DNA of 64,000 bases, from the NCBI GenBank assembly GCA_032718475.1, contig JAUCBJ010002835.1, positions 32,540-96,539 of the forward strand, read 5' to 3'. Source of the DNA: Nemertoderma westbladi (taxonomy: Eukaryota > Animalia > Xenacoelomorpha). The notes below the pieces were generated by a model. That model was given only the letters and a program-made list of their open reading frames with translations, was not told where the DNA came from and ran no database searches. This document shows, in pieces, positions 37,765 through 52,420 of the stretch (position 1 is its first letter; each line of letters starts with the position of its first letter). The position numbers were made by a program, and so were the translations under genes.

Positions 37765-39232
37765 CTACAGACGCGATACGGCATTAATGTTGTATCGTTT
37801 TGGAAGAAAAGTAAATCCAGATTGTATGTCAGTTAAATTTGGTAAACCGTCATCAGTAGAAGTCCAACTGAACCGGTGTAACAGATGGCTGGCCATAACC
37901 CGTAACTCCATCTTCGCCAGTTTATCTCCCAAACACATTCGAGGCCCTATTCCAAAAGGAATAAATTCCGGTTTAATTATTAAACTGTTTCCATCAACGG
38001 ACAGGAAATGTTCCGGGTAAAATTCGTCTGGTTTTTTCCAGGCTTGTTGGTCTCTCAAAGACGCCCAGATGTTGGCGAACATCATGACATCCTGAGGAAT
38101 AGTGTATCCACGGAACTCTTCGTCCTTATGGCAACAATGTGCAATGCTTTGTGGTAGAACAGACGCGAAACGCAGGGTCTCCAACAAACATGCATCGAGA
38201 TAGGGTATCTTAATAACATCATTCAATTTTGGCATTCTGTCCCTTCCAACAGCTTCATCTAGAAGTCGTTGACATTTCTTCTGTATATCGGGATATGTCG
38301 TCATTATCAATATAAACCAATAAAGACTAGAGGCTGTCGTTTCTGTTCCAGCTATAAAGAGATCTCTAACATTCATAACAAGATTTGATTCATCAAAATA
38401 TTTTGCATTTGCATCCTTAGCCTTAAAAAGGCTGTGTTCTTTCATAATATGTGCATCTATGAAATCTCTCGGAGACCCCTCAAAATCAATTGTTTCTTTG
38501 TGATCATTTATAATGGCCTTTAGTTTGTCCTCCAATTGTCTCAAGCACCGCACCATTGTTGAGTAAAAGCTATTTGGAAACTTTGAGGCAATTTTGGGAG
38601 GAATCAAAGCTCCTATACCAGGTGTAGATGGCATGATTCTTACCACCGAGGAAACACGGTTTAAAAGGTCCTCAAACTCCTTATCATTGTACTCAAATCG
38701 GTCCAAAAACACAATAGAACAAATTACATTGGAAACTGCCTTCGTAAAAAGAGAGAAACAATCAAATTTGCCGTTGGTAGGTATCGCTTCACAGAGCATC
38801 TCAGCTTCACAAACAACTCTTTCCTCGAAACTTTTTCTTCCCAGATCCAACTCTCTGAGAATAGAGTGCGTAAACTTCCGTTGCTGGGTCCAATGTGTGC
38901 CGCTACTCTGTACAACTCCTCCTACTGGTGCACTTAAGATGCGCCGGCGGTTTGAAAACTTGTGTTTATTGTCAACGAATGCCTCTGTTATACATGACAA
39001 CGAGTTCAAGACAATAGTCGATACATGTCCAACCCGGACTCGAACAATGTCCGAGTGGATCTCATCTGACCATTTCTTGTTTCCTCACCGACAATGCGTT
39101 GCCTAGGAAAGGGATTCCTGGAGGCGAAGGGGGCATATTTCCTACATGTTTCCTTGTTGACCAGATGTAAATCACCATGGTTACAAAACAAAACAATGCA
39201 ATAGCGTAGGGATCAATCATTGTTATGGTCAT
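37765..39232 (-). pseudogene. Cytochrome P450, CYP2 clan, intronless, one frameshift near 39085 (pseudogene, null allele or sequence error)
   Basis: TM anchor and PPSPPGIPFLGN in one frame; HSDIVRVRVG, WTQQR, AGTETT, ETLR, PEHF and heme motif FGIGPRMCLG in another. Confidence 0.85.
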
Positions 39233-39806
39233 TGTATAAGAAGTCAATTAGCAAATTCAGTACATCAAAAGTAAATGAAATAACTAATTACTGTATTAAC
39301 AATTTTATTTATTGAGAGATGGTATTGGTGCCGTCAGCGGAATAAGTGACAGCACTAATTATACCATAGCATCCGGTAACAACAGCAACAATATTGGTGT
39401 TAGTTCTCGAGGTTTTATTTTGTTAATTATAATTTCATCAGTTTTAAAATGATAGGATTTGGCGTCGATTAGGATAAGGACTGCCAAATTGAATAGCAAT
39501 TTAATTCTCGTCATTATACAGTACTGTATGGTAATATGTGCGGCAATATGTAATATGTGCCGCTCCTGTTCCCACAGCACTACCGCTACGATCTTTCATG
39601 GAACGTTTGCGCCTTAAATAATTTGCAGTGATCTACAATTTTCAGTGGCACGTTAATCTAACCAAGACAATAGCCGAAAGTTAATAGAACAGGATGCAGT
39701 TTTATTTTTGATAGCAATCAACTGTTATTTGCGTACAGTACAGTTGATAACATTTGAAAATAGAGATATAGAAACCCGGTGGGTAAGATGTCTTTCTATT
39801 GGTCGG

Positions 39807-42800
39807 TGTTAAGACGAACGGCCGCCCAAAGTAGACTCCATGGGGAAATTAGTTTTTTAGCCTGATATTCATACTATTTATTTAATGCATTATTTTCAAC
39901 ATGTGATTTGCTTTGTGTCTTATCTATTTATTCGGTGTACTATTTTTAGCTTGTAATCTATCTATGTAATCTGACTATTCGGTGTGTTATTTCGGCTCAG
40001 AATTTATCCTATGCAATCTACCTATTCGATGCGATGTATTATTTCGGCATATAATTTATTTATGTCTTTAATTATTTATTTAGTGCATTATTTCTCGGCA
40101 TATAATCTGTAATGTTGATCCATTTATTGGGTGATTATTTTTGGCTTAGGACTTGTTCTATATTGATTTTGTTGGTGTGCGTACCTGTATATTTGGCTGT
40201 GACGACATCCATTGGGTTGTAATTTTTATTGGTGGGCCGTAAGTTGATTATTGGGTTTATTTTTAGCTCGGTTATTCCATTATATTGGATATGTAATCAC
40301 GATTAGCCTCCGTAAAGTTGTAGGATAACATGTGGCCATTATTTCTCTTGTAAGTTTGATTGGAGGATTCCTTTCGGGAGAGGGGGGGGGGTGTATTTAA
40401 GGCTTGGCTTTGTGATATTATTACTTTGAATGTTGTAGCCAATAATAGCCTATGTTAGGATGGTTGAAGTTGTGTTACTCCATTGTCGTAAAGGTCAAAC
40501 TGATTATAGCTCGTTTGCTTGTTTGCCTGTTGAAGTAATGTGCAGTTTGTTCGGTAATCCATTAACACCTTTTATATTGGTTGAATTTCGGTGTATATAA
40601 ACTATACTTCTGGGATTCATTCTTCAGTAGCCTACGAACCCCCAGCCAACTGTCATGCCATTTAATTAAATGTTTTTTGGTCCCGGCCGGACCGGTAATT
40701 TTATTATTATTATTAATGCAATATCCGCATGAATTTTTACTGTCTGATTGAAATTGAATAAAAATTAAACCTCTGCACTGAATTATTTAACTGTTTTTTA
40801 CGTTTTCGTCATGGTGAAAATGAATCACGGGCTCCCCAATCTCTAGACCAAGGAAGGAAACCATCCGGATAACCCCCCCCCCCCCCCCCCCCCCTACCCC
40901 TCTCGTATAGGCCTATTCTTTAAAAAAGGGCAAGCACATACCAGGCTACTGCACTCCCCACACACTCCACGAACCTTATAGGGAATCAAAGGCAACCACA
41001 CGCTGGCCTGGTAGTTAGTCTGCAAAACCCCTTTTTACATTCGAACCGGATACAACCAAACTATGGAAGACACCATCCGTGGGGATTCTGGCAAAACGGA
41101 ACCGGCGATCAACGATACCAGAGACGGGCGCAGTCGGGCATCCTCCACTACCGGTAGCGCTAAAACCACGGCGAGTTCGGCGGCACGACTTGCCAAACAT
41201 GGAGCTCGGATGATCGGCTTCCGAGTTCAAGCCGAACGGGAACGCATCCGAAAGGAACAGTTGAGGGCAATAAAGGAACGAGGATGGATACATCAGGAAC
41301 AGGAACGTAAACTGGAAGAATTAAGGATCTCCGAGGAACGTAAACTGGAAGAACAGAAGGTCTCCGATGAACGCGGGCTGGAAAAACTGATACGAGAGGC
41401 TGCAGAGGTGGAATTCGAAGCGCGACTCTGGGAGGAAGAAGCTAAGGAGGACTGCGAGGAAGGACTCTTGGGCCGGCTTCGGGAGTTCGACGGTGAGTTG
41501 GATCCAGGAACTGAGGATGCCAGACCGCGTCACGGTGGCGCGGTCAGGGGTGAAGGGATGGACGGACCTGAACCATTCGGGTTCACCCTCTCACCTCAGG
41601 GAAACATGGAACGGTGGGCGGCAACAGATAACTCGGGTGTCACACAGGTACGGGCGGTCATGGGGTTGGAGAGTGTACCGGTACGTACACAATGCAGCCC
41701 CCAGCCAATGGCTTCATCCTCCCCAAGGCCGGAACCGAAATCGGAGGAAGAAGGACGCGAGATTCGGGACGCGGCACAACGTCAGGGTGGCGTTGTGGCA
41801 ACCCCGGTCGTAACGGACTATGGTCGGGATGCGGTGCAATGTCAGGGTGGCATTGTAGAAGTCCCGGTCATAATGGGCCATGGCTGGGATGCGGCACGGC
41901 GCCACGGTGGCGTTGTGGAAATCCCGGCTGTGTCGGACGACAACAACCTTCGTGCGGATAGGAAACCCTCGGGTTTATTCGAGAACTCTCGGACCGTGAC
42001 AGAGGTTAAGCCGAGGGATGTGGGGGTCGCCTACAACCTTCCGCCTACAAAGGCTTCGGCTCGACTAATGGACGACGGGGCGCCAGGGGATTATGGACGA
42101 CTAGACGCCCGTGCACAACCCTTTATCCCCAGGGATCGGACTCCCCATTCTTCCACGGATCCCTGGGTAGGGTCGGTCGATTCGTGGATTGACAAACTCA
42201 TCCCCGGAATGGAAACTGTAGTTCGGGGTGGCGAAGGAGCACAGAGTCTGGAGGTGGCGCTAATGCGACTCGGGGACGAACGGGGTGCACCGGAGGTGCG
42301 GCTGCTGCGGTTCGACGGGAACCCGATTCAGTGGCCGCAGTTCATCGAGCGGTTTTACGAGCTCGTACACCGTCGTGTACATTATACGGATGCTCGTCGC
42401 CTCGCGCTGCTTTAAGGGCAACTCGACGGGACGGCCAAGGATACCGTTGCGGGGTACGGTTGCAGCGGTAGAGCTTACGTCCAGGTGCTCCAGACCAGAC
42501 TCTTAAATGGCAGTTCGCGCACCCGTCACTCGTCTCCCGGGTCTTTATAAACTCTATCGCGGAGGGGAAACAGATCCCCGCGCGGGACAAGGTGGCATTA
42601 AGACAGCTCCATACGAATATAACTCTGTGTATTTATACACTACGGGCCACGGGTAATCTCGCGGATATATACTCCGTGGAAACGCTGCGGCGGGTCTATA
42701 TGCGGCTGCCCGATCACCTGCAATGGAAGTGGCAGCAGCATTGCGTAAATATCCAAGAGGGTTCCGGTCGCGGAACACCGGAAGACCCATCACTGATACA

Positions 42801-44750
42801 CCTGGAGACGTGGTTGGGTCGCTGTATGCGGGCGCTGTTCGAACCAACTACGACAGACTTAAGCGAGTTTACCAACTACAGCTCCGGGACCGGGAAGCCA
42901 CGGTTCGTAAAGCCGAGGGAAGAAACCTTGGCTAAACGCAGTCTTGTCTCTGGGGACGGGAGGAAGGGGACGAGATCGGAGAACCTGAACTCGGTTAGCC
43001 ATTCGGTATCCTGCCGCTCTATGGACTGTTGCGTCCTCTGTCAGGGGGATCACACAACGAGAAACTGTGAGAACTTTAAGGGTCTAACGATGAAACAACA
43101 AATGGATAAAGTCCACGTACTCGAACTCTACTTTAAGTGTTTGGAATCGGGCCACCGGGGCGGCGACTGCCCAAAGACGGTACCGTGTGACGCAAGGGGG
43201 TGCGAACGGCGGCATCATCCCCTTTTACACACGGCCTTCAACGAACTAAATTCGAGGATTGGTGGTGGGATAACGGGAATCGGGAAAGAGCGATCCGGTT
43301 ACTCAGCGGCTACGGCGGATTGCGACGTGGTATCGGACGACCATGTGACGGGGTGGGAGGAGGACGGCGGCGTTCTCTTCCCTATTGTACCGTGCCGGCT
43401 TTATGGGAAAGAAGGGACGATGGTAGAGGGCGTCATCATGCTGGATCCGTGTAGCGAACTGACTTTGATTGTCGACGAGGTCGCGAATAAACTCAGGTTG
43501 GGGGGTGAACGGCGCACATTAACGATAGGGAATGTCGAACGGGATGGGCCGCAACGGGAGGCACGGAGGGTGGCTTTCGGTATTGGGCCGCGGGATGGGA
43601 GCCACGAGGCTGTGGAAGTGGGCGAGGCGTGGACTATCTCCGTTATAAATGTACCGAGGCGCCATATGTCATGCAATAACCTCACAACATCGTATCCTCA
43701 TCTTGTCGGTATACCAATACCGACAGATGTGGATTACTCGCGGGTTATAGCACTTATTGGTGCCAATGTACCTGAGATAGTCTGCCCCTTAGAGGTAAAA
43801 CGGGGGGACCCGGGGCAGCCTTATGCACTACGGACTCTGTGCGGCTGGACGGTATGGGAGCCGGTGGGTGCTGGTAGAGGGTCGGGGGTTACACGGAAAC
43901 ATTGCAGAGTGACGGGGAAGGCGGGCGATGGGAAATTGGATAAACAGCTCGAGGAGTTTTGGGCCGTAAGTTGATTATTGGGTTTATTTTTAGCTCGGTT
44001 ATTCCATTATATTGGATATGTAATCACGATTAGCCTCTGTAAAGTTGTAGGATAACATGTGGCCATTATTTCTCTTGTAAGTTTGATTGGAGGATTCCTT
44101 TCGGGAGAGGGGGGGTGTATTCAAGGCTTGGCTTTGTGATATTATTACTTTGAATGTTGTAGCTAATAATAGCCTATGTTAGGATGGTTGAAGTTGTGTT
44201 ACTCCATTGTCGTAATCGTAAAGGTCAAACTGATTATAGCTCGTTTGCTTGTTTGCCTGTTGAAGTAATGTGCAGTTTGTTCGGTAATCCATTAACACCT
44301 TTTATATTGGTTGAATTTCGGTGTATATAAACTATAGTTCTGGGATTCATTCTTCAGTAGCCTACGAACCCCCAGCCAACTGTCATGCCATTTAATTAAA
44401 TGTTTTTTGGTCCCGGCCGTACCGGTAATTTTATTATTATTATTAATGCAATATCCGCATGAATTTTTACTGTCTGATTGAAATTGAATAAAAATTAAAC
44501 CTCTGCACTGAATTATTTAACTGTTTTTTACGTTTTCGTCATGGTGAAAATGAATCACGGGCTCCCCAATCTCTAGACCAAGGAAGGAAACCATCCGGAT
44601 AACCCCCCCCCCCCCTACCCCTCTCTATTCTTTAAAAAAGGGCAAGCACATACCAGGCTACTGCACTCCCCACACACTCCACGAACCTTTAGGGAATCGA
44701 AGGCAACCACACGCTGGCCTGGTAGTTAGTCTGCAAAACCCCTTTTTACA
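39807..44750 (+). mobile_element. BEL/Pao LTR retrotransposon, internally deleted (no RT, RNase H or integrase)
   Basis: TGTT...TACA ends; 5-bp TSD GTCGG (39802-39806, 44751-44755); 5' LTR 39807-41039; 3' LTR remnant ~43960-44750 nearly identical to 40233-41039; gag with three Cys/His knuckles; protease MLDPCSELTLI. Confidence 0.93.
41063..43974 (+). pseudogene. BEL/Pao gag-protease, interrupted by a stop at 42415 and a frameshift
   Basis: FDGNPIQWPQF (DUF1759-like), CVLCQGDHTTRNC, KCLESGHRGGDC, CERRHHPLLH, ALIGAN, LEEFW, then junction to the LTR. Confidence 0.85.
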
Positions 44751-44984
44751 GTCGGGATGATGTAGATCACCTTCCATGGTGAAATACAATTAAATTTATA
44801 AAATAAAATCCTGAAAAAATATAAGTCTCACCCTGTACTCTACTTTGGACGTTGTACCAATGCAAAGTCATCTTAGCTTAGAAATGTTAATTTGTCTAAC
44901 TGACATCCTACGTATTCTTATATTGACTCGCGTTCACACACATCAGACTCCATTGTCACATAAGTCGTACACCCCCCAATTGCC

Positions 44985-45615
44985 TGTGGGGCGAGACACG
45001 TAGTCGGCGAGCCTTTGCATACGGTTCATATAGGGCAAATGGGGCATGTCCGTCTGTCTGCCTGTCCGTCTGTCTGTCTGTCCGTCTGTCTGGTAAATGT
45101 TTGAACGCGAATTTCTCGGCATCGCTCGTTCGGAATTGAACCAAACTTAGTAGGTAAGTAGTAGAGAGAAAGTTTAGAAAGTTTGTAAAGTTTGGTGAAA
45201 AATCATGCAGTCTGACGTCAGCTACAACAGATTATGTGGTTTTTAGAAAATGTTAAATTTCTCGGGAAGGCCTCATTTTCCTGAGCTGAAATTTTGGTGG
45301 CCTGTAGAGAATCATGAAGTCTATCTTTTACGAAATTGAAAAGTTAAGACATTTAATTGGGGATCCGCTAGAGACTCAGAAGTAATGACATAGGCCTACC
45401 GGTACGGTACTGCTGTACAGTGCTGCACTGGTAAGTACGAAATTGCAGAATAACAATTTGACACCACCTAGCGGATTAACATATGATTGTATATCGAATG
45501 AATACATTTATAGCATGGGATATGGGGTCCAAACTAGACATGCCCCATTTGCTCTATATGAACCGTATGCCAAGGCTTGCCGACTACGTGCTGCGCGAAT
45601 TCCCCACGAACGTGT
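44985..45615 (+). mobile_element. Foldback non-autonomous element, copy B
   Basis: TGTGGGGCGAGACACG ... CGTGCTGCGCGAATTCCCCACGAACGTGT; 54-bp inverted arms 44997-45050/45537-45590 with 3 mismatches; (GTCY)n after the left arm. Confidence 0.85.
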
Positions 45616-46249
45616 TACCATGTACTCATATAATACTATGTTAGTATCTCATGAATTTCACGAATAAACGGACATAGGAGCTCATAAAAAACCTTCACAG
45701 ATAAACTTTTTAATGTTTGCATCTCATGCCTAATATCCTAAAGTATCTGAAATGAGAAATTTGACGCAAATTCCGTTGTGTGTGGGCTCCTACTTGCATG
45801 TCGAAATTGACTGCACATTTTTTCACATTTTCCAAAATATCTGTGCGAATTTTGCGAATCTGTGTGAACAATTAAAGCGAAAATACAGTCATTATAAATA
45901 ACATTAATCCTAGTCTGTCTAGTTGCCTATGTGAGTGATGGTACAAGCTCGGTTGAAGTTAAGAAATAAATTGATATTGGTTTCCTAGAAAGCAATCAAC
46001 TTAGTTTCGTTTGAAAAAATAACAAAACGCTATTGCGAATTTAGTAATTCCCTAACGAAAACATGACATTTTTAAAATGCTTTTAAACTACTTTTTTTAA
46101 CATGTGACATTCAAATTCTAAATTATCTTCCTCTAACCGCTGAGCAATACGCAATTATTTTCCTGTGTGATGTCATGTGGCAATAATGTGATATATAAGT
46201 CGAGATATTTGCGTTACGGAATTACAATTTTCCAACACTGCGTGCCGTT

Positions 46250-46883
46250 CGTGTTGGTGTAGAGTACACTGCGAGACGTTAGTGTTGGTGTAGAGTGGTA
46301 CACTGGGAGACGTTAGTGTTGGTGTAGAGTGGTACACTGCGAGACGTTAGTGTTGGTGTAGAGTACACTGCGAGACGTTAGTGTTGGTGTAGAGTGGTAC
46401 ACTGGGAGACGTTGGTGTTGGTGTCGACTGGTACACTGCGAGACATTAGTGTTGGTGTAGACTGGTACACTGGGAGACGTTGGTGTTGGTGTCGACTGGT
46501 ACACTGCGAGACGTTAGTGTTGGTGTAGAGTACACTGCGAGACGTTAGTGTTTGTGTAGAGTGGTACACTGCAATATGTTAGTGTAGATTGGTACACTGC
46601 GAGACGTTAGTGTTGGTGTAGAGTGGTACACTGCAATATGTTAGTGTTGGTGTAGACTGGTACACAGCGAGACGTTAGTGTTGGTGTAGAGTGGTGCACA
46701 GCGAGACATCAGTGTTGGTGTAGACTGGTACACTGCGAGACGTTGGTGTTGGTGTCGACTGGTGTACACTGCGAGACGTTGGTGTTGTGGTGTCGACTGG
46801 TACACTGGGAGACGTTGATGTTGGTGTCGACTGGTACACTTCGAGACGTTAGGTTGGTGTCGACTGGTACACTGCGAGACGTT
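46250..46883. repeat. Minisatellite, ~32-34-bp unit GTGTTGGTGTAGAGTGGTACACTGCGAGACGTTA
   Basis: About 19 tandem copies, followed by a CCTCGGCTTCGCCTCG motif. Confidence 0.92.
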
Positions 46884-48507
46884 AATATAAGTCCTCGGCT
46901 TCGCCTCGCCCGATATAACAGTCCTTGGACGAAATAACAAATAACAGTTCAATAAAGATAGTTATACATTATTGAAAATGACGTACATAGTTTACTTAAC
47001 TGTACTTAAAAAAGTAGGTTTTCAAATAAAAATTTCCTTGCATATTATAAATTTAAGTAAATTTTTAATAAGATATTATTTCATTAAGTACATTTGCAGC
47101 TGACTATTTCTAAATTACTTGAATTTTTATGTGCATAGGCCTACAGTTTTGTATAATTAAATTATGAATAGAAATATATTTTATTAAATTATTTCTTTCT
47201 TTATTAAACATGTATTAATATACACCATAACCCTTAATACAACAACCATTGTTAGGGGGTCAGAGCCACCCCCCCCCCAAATTTTTTTTCAAATTTCAAT
47301 AAAATGCTACGAAATTTGGTATGATGATAGATCGACACCTTTTCTTACTGGTGGCCTGGTCGGATTTTTTAATTTATGAACTATTTCGATACAACAAGCT
47401 GACAAGCCGTTAAGAATCGTCTATTTCGCAATATTTAGCCATCTCCGTCGGCTTTATTTTTCGTCTTTAGAATGTAATCTAGATATCATTAGATCCGCCT
47501 TCATCTGCAGATTCCGAATCTGAAACCCGTTGTAAATTTCACCAGTAACTTCCGGAGATATTATCAAAATACTAAGGTGTAAATTTTGTGACGTAAATCG
47601 CTCATTCTTGCTCATTGTTGCTCATCGTTGTTGCTCATTGTTGCTCGTTGTTGGTCATTGTTGCTCGTTGTTGGTCATTGTTGCTCGTTGTGCATTTTAG
47701 CACCTACCTGACATAACTGTTTTCCAGTACTGCAGTACTGCGACACTAGGTCCAAGTCCAACCCTAATAGTAAGTGTTGGACCTACAGTCTGCTGGTCTG
47801 ACAGTAGTCAGTAGTAGGCCTACCAAAACTCAACAAAAGAGTTTTGGTATACACAAGTACACCGGTCAGCCGGTGAGCCAGTGAACAGTTAAACCTACGC
47901 TCTGCTGCTGTGTCCTGGTCTGCTGGTGCCAGTTTGTGTTGTGGTGAGAGTGACCAGTTCACTCAGTTACAGCGGGGCTACTGGGCTACCAGGCTACTGG
48001 GCTACGCCCGACGCCGACAACATCTGAACATGATAACAGGATAACCACAGCCAGTCAGAGCCAGACTTGCCTTTCTTCTGTCTTCCGACTGTCCTCCAGT
48101 CCGATGCCGTAACGAACTGACGAACAATAATATGAATACAGGAATGAGAATATGTACTGGCAGACTGGGTAACCTGTCCCGGTCTCCCCTTGACAGCTTG
48201 ACAGCTTGATTCCAGGATCATGTTTATAGTTTTGGTTAGAATTAATTGCCTTCCACATCCACAGTCAGACAGTAACCTGTTTGTTCCTTTCCCTCAATTG
48301 ATTGATAGCTACAAACTAAGCATTACGGTACCTAGCGTAGCGTTAATAATCAGATAATGGCCGGCAGCGGCCCAGTGTACGGTATCTTTGTCTCTGAACT
48401 GAACTAACATTTTTAGGTTTTAATGTTGAGAATTTCAGAATCTTTATATAATCCCTAAATTATATTTTGCTGCACATTGTTTCGTGTCCTCTTGTTGGGC
48501 TTAAATC

Positions 48508-48843
48508 ATGCGTTACGTGGCAGCATACCTGTTGGCAGTCCTCGGGGGAAATGAATCGCCATCAGCCAGCGCTATTAAAACCATCCTAGATTCCGTCGCT
48601 ATCGAGGTGGACGATACAAAGCTGAATAAAGTCATCAGCGAGTTGAAAGGTAAAGATCTGCCGGCGGTGATCGAGGCGGGTCGAGGTAAACTCTCTTCGA
48701 TGCCTTCGGGAGGTGGAGCCGCAGCGGCGGGTGCCGGGGCGGCCGCTGGGGGCGCACCGGCTGCCGAGGAAAAGAAAGAAGAGAAGAAGGTTGAGGAGGA
48801 AGAAGAATCGGATGACGATATGGGATTCGGATTGTTCGATTAG
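48508..48843 (+). CDS. RPLP2: 60S acidic ribosomal protein P2, single coding exon
   Basis: [15 protein letters not shown] start, Ala/Gly hinge, [17 protein letters not shown]-terminus. Confidence 0.97.
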   Translation: MRYVAAYLLAVLGGNESPSASAIKTILDSVAIEVDDTKLNKVISELKGKDLPAVIEAGRGKLSSMPSGGGAAAAGAGAAAGGAPAAEEKKEEKKVEEEEESDDDMGFGLFD

Positions 48844-50872
48844 CTGGCGGATGTCTGGATGTGGCTTCGATTCATCTGGGATATGTGGACGTGGAGGTTT
48901 GCAGTTAGTTTGGTCATGACGACTTCTGATGATGGATTTCGGACAAACTTGGCGAATTAAGTACATGAATAAGAACTAGTAAGGTGGTAGAATCTATTTA
49001 CCGTCATGGCGCGGTACCGGTAGGCTCCTACCCGTTTATTCGGATAAAGTTTCATCATAGTTTTGTGTATTTATTTATGCCAAGTGGATTATTATACCTG
49101 TTCCAGTGTTCCGATGAATTTGTATATATAATAATATAAGTAGTACTGAAGTGAATTGTTATTGGCCACCAGCCCCAATATAGCAATAATAGTTAGGCCT
49201 AATTAAAAATAAATGAAAATAACAGATCCAAAATTTTGAGAAATTTATAACATGGATTTACTACTATCAGATTGTGAAACATGACATGTCTTGATTACTG
49301 CTTTATTTAGTTGAAAGAAATCCCGGTCTATTTACCAGAATGTTTTGTTTCTGGCCATGCTTTTGTAAATAATGTCAGCGATCATTTGCTAAAAATGTAT
49401 CTTTGGTTAGAACTTGCAAGTAAAATATTGTATTTTAATTTCAGATAGACTGAGGTCTAGGGAGTGCCTCGCCTCATTAGGGGCCGTGTACAAATGATGT
49501 CATGGTCGAAACGGGGGGGGGGGGGGGGGGTAGCAATTTTGTGAATATTTGTGACATGGGGGAGGGGGGGGCTTTACTTGTGACGTCACAAAAGCACTTT
49601 GATGAACAAATAAGATACATAACACCAACATCAACAACCCAAAGTGAAATCTATTCAAGTAATCGCGAATCGAGGTGATGATTTGTTAATTCTAAGTGGC
49701 GATAACGATGAAGAACACCATATTGACTGGGTAGATAAGAACGATGTAGAATTAGACCCAGGAAGTGGCACAATAGTCGGTCGTATCTGGTGCACTTCCG
49801 GTGATCGATGTCCAAACTCAGATGTCGTCATTCCCATGGGAGGGGGGTGTCTTCCTTGTTTGTTTAGTCATTGTGTACAGCTGAATTAATGAAGTATTAA
49901 CATTTAGTATTAATAACATAATAATTTAAAATGTTTTCTTAACTATACTGCGTTTTTTGTGACGTGACGTTTGACGTTCAAGGGGTGGGGGGTACAAAAT
50001 TCGTGACAGATTGTGACAGAGGGGGGGATAATAGTGGTGACATAGTTTGTGCACGGCCCCTTAGGTATTTAAATCATGTGCATTCTGGGAATATTATTGC
50101 CATGGTAACAGAGTGTGTACACGTTCAGCCTGCGTGGCTGCGTGGCAGTGGAGAGACAGGGGAAACTTGAGACGTAAATCCTATCTCAGTGAATTAATTT
50201 ATCTCATTGTTAAATTATCATTTACGGGACATGTGATTCACAGCGGCACGTTATACTATAATGAAAACAATAAACCAAAGACAATAGAACAGTTTAGTGT
50301 TATATTTTTAAGAATAATCACCTGTAATATGCGTTCATTTTCCACCTGGGAGGGAGGAGGGTTTTGATTGCTGACACTAGACTGGGACTAGTTCGGATGA
50401 TTAAGACTTCAGTTCCCGTGTCCTTACATACAACTGGGATGGGTTACACCCAAAATGTACATATATTTTAAAGATTATATAAACTAAAACGTAGTAAGTG
50501 TTATGGATGCGAGGATAGGGTTTATCTTCAATAAACAATGGTTCTACACTACTTCTACTGTACCATTGTCATCTCTCTCCAACAATCCAAACTGACCCCT
50601 AGATGTAATGCCTACTTCACCAGCCTGAAGAGGCTCTCCATTGGCCCCCTGCTGGTTGTACCCGTGTTCGATCTAATGTTGAGTTACAATTTCGTAACCC
50701 CGTGGGAATTAGGAACTCGGGCTTCATCTTATCTGAGTGCATGGGATTGTTTAGTCACTAGTTAGGCAGATGGGGGAGGGGGGGGGGGGGGGACTTTCTA
50801 CGCAATCAAAATTCATCCCTGGAAAATGGACGCAAATAACAGCTGATTACTCTCAAAAATAAAATCTTAACC

Positions 50873-51134
50873 TGTGGGCGAGTCACGCAGTAAAGCTGAG
50901 CCTTAGCGCACAATTATAATTAGTAAATAGGGCAAAATTTCATGTCCGTCTGTCTGTCCGTCCGTCTGTATGTAATGAAAAATTCTTTCGTTTCAACCAA
51001 ATTTTGTATGGGCATACTAGAGAAAAAGGTCCAATATTTTTGAAAGTTACGGGTAAATAACTCTCGAACTTGTGATTCCAGATCAAATCGAACTTGCTAA
51101 AGTTCGCGTGCTGCGCGACGCCCCACGAACGTGT
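50873..51134 (+). mobile_element. Foldback element family, copy C (right arm mostly deleted)
   Basis: TGTGGGCGAGTCACG ... (GTCY)n ... CGTGCTGCGCGACGCCCCACGAACGTGT. Confidence 0.75.
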
Positions 51135-51532
51135 TCTATTGACTTTAGTTTATTGTTTTTGTTAGAATAACGTGTCACTGTAATCGTAATGTAACCTGCT
51201 TCTTTCTCTAAATTGAGAATTTAGCATTGAGGCGAAATAGTGATTCGCCGAGATGGGATTTGCGTCACATTCCCTATCAGTTAGGGAGTAGCCATAAGAG
51301 AGAAAAGACTTTGGTTGTCTCAGATGTTTCGAGCTTCCTTTTCAGAATATCTATTACTTTCATTACTAACTGATAGTCTGGGGCATATGATAAGTTTAGT
51401 ACCGGTACTCTACTGCACTAGGCCTAAAGTGTACACTTTATGACTATACCAACACCAAGATTGATTAGATTGTTTGTTGATAAAAATAAATACAATTTAA
51501 ACGATTTTAGTGAGTTTATTTTGGTGTTTTGA

Positions 51533-52420
<888 letters not shown>

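Noticed and set aside
46313-46952. ORFs with HQHQRL / YTNTNVSQC repeats
   Set aside because: Translations of the minisatellite.
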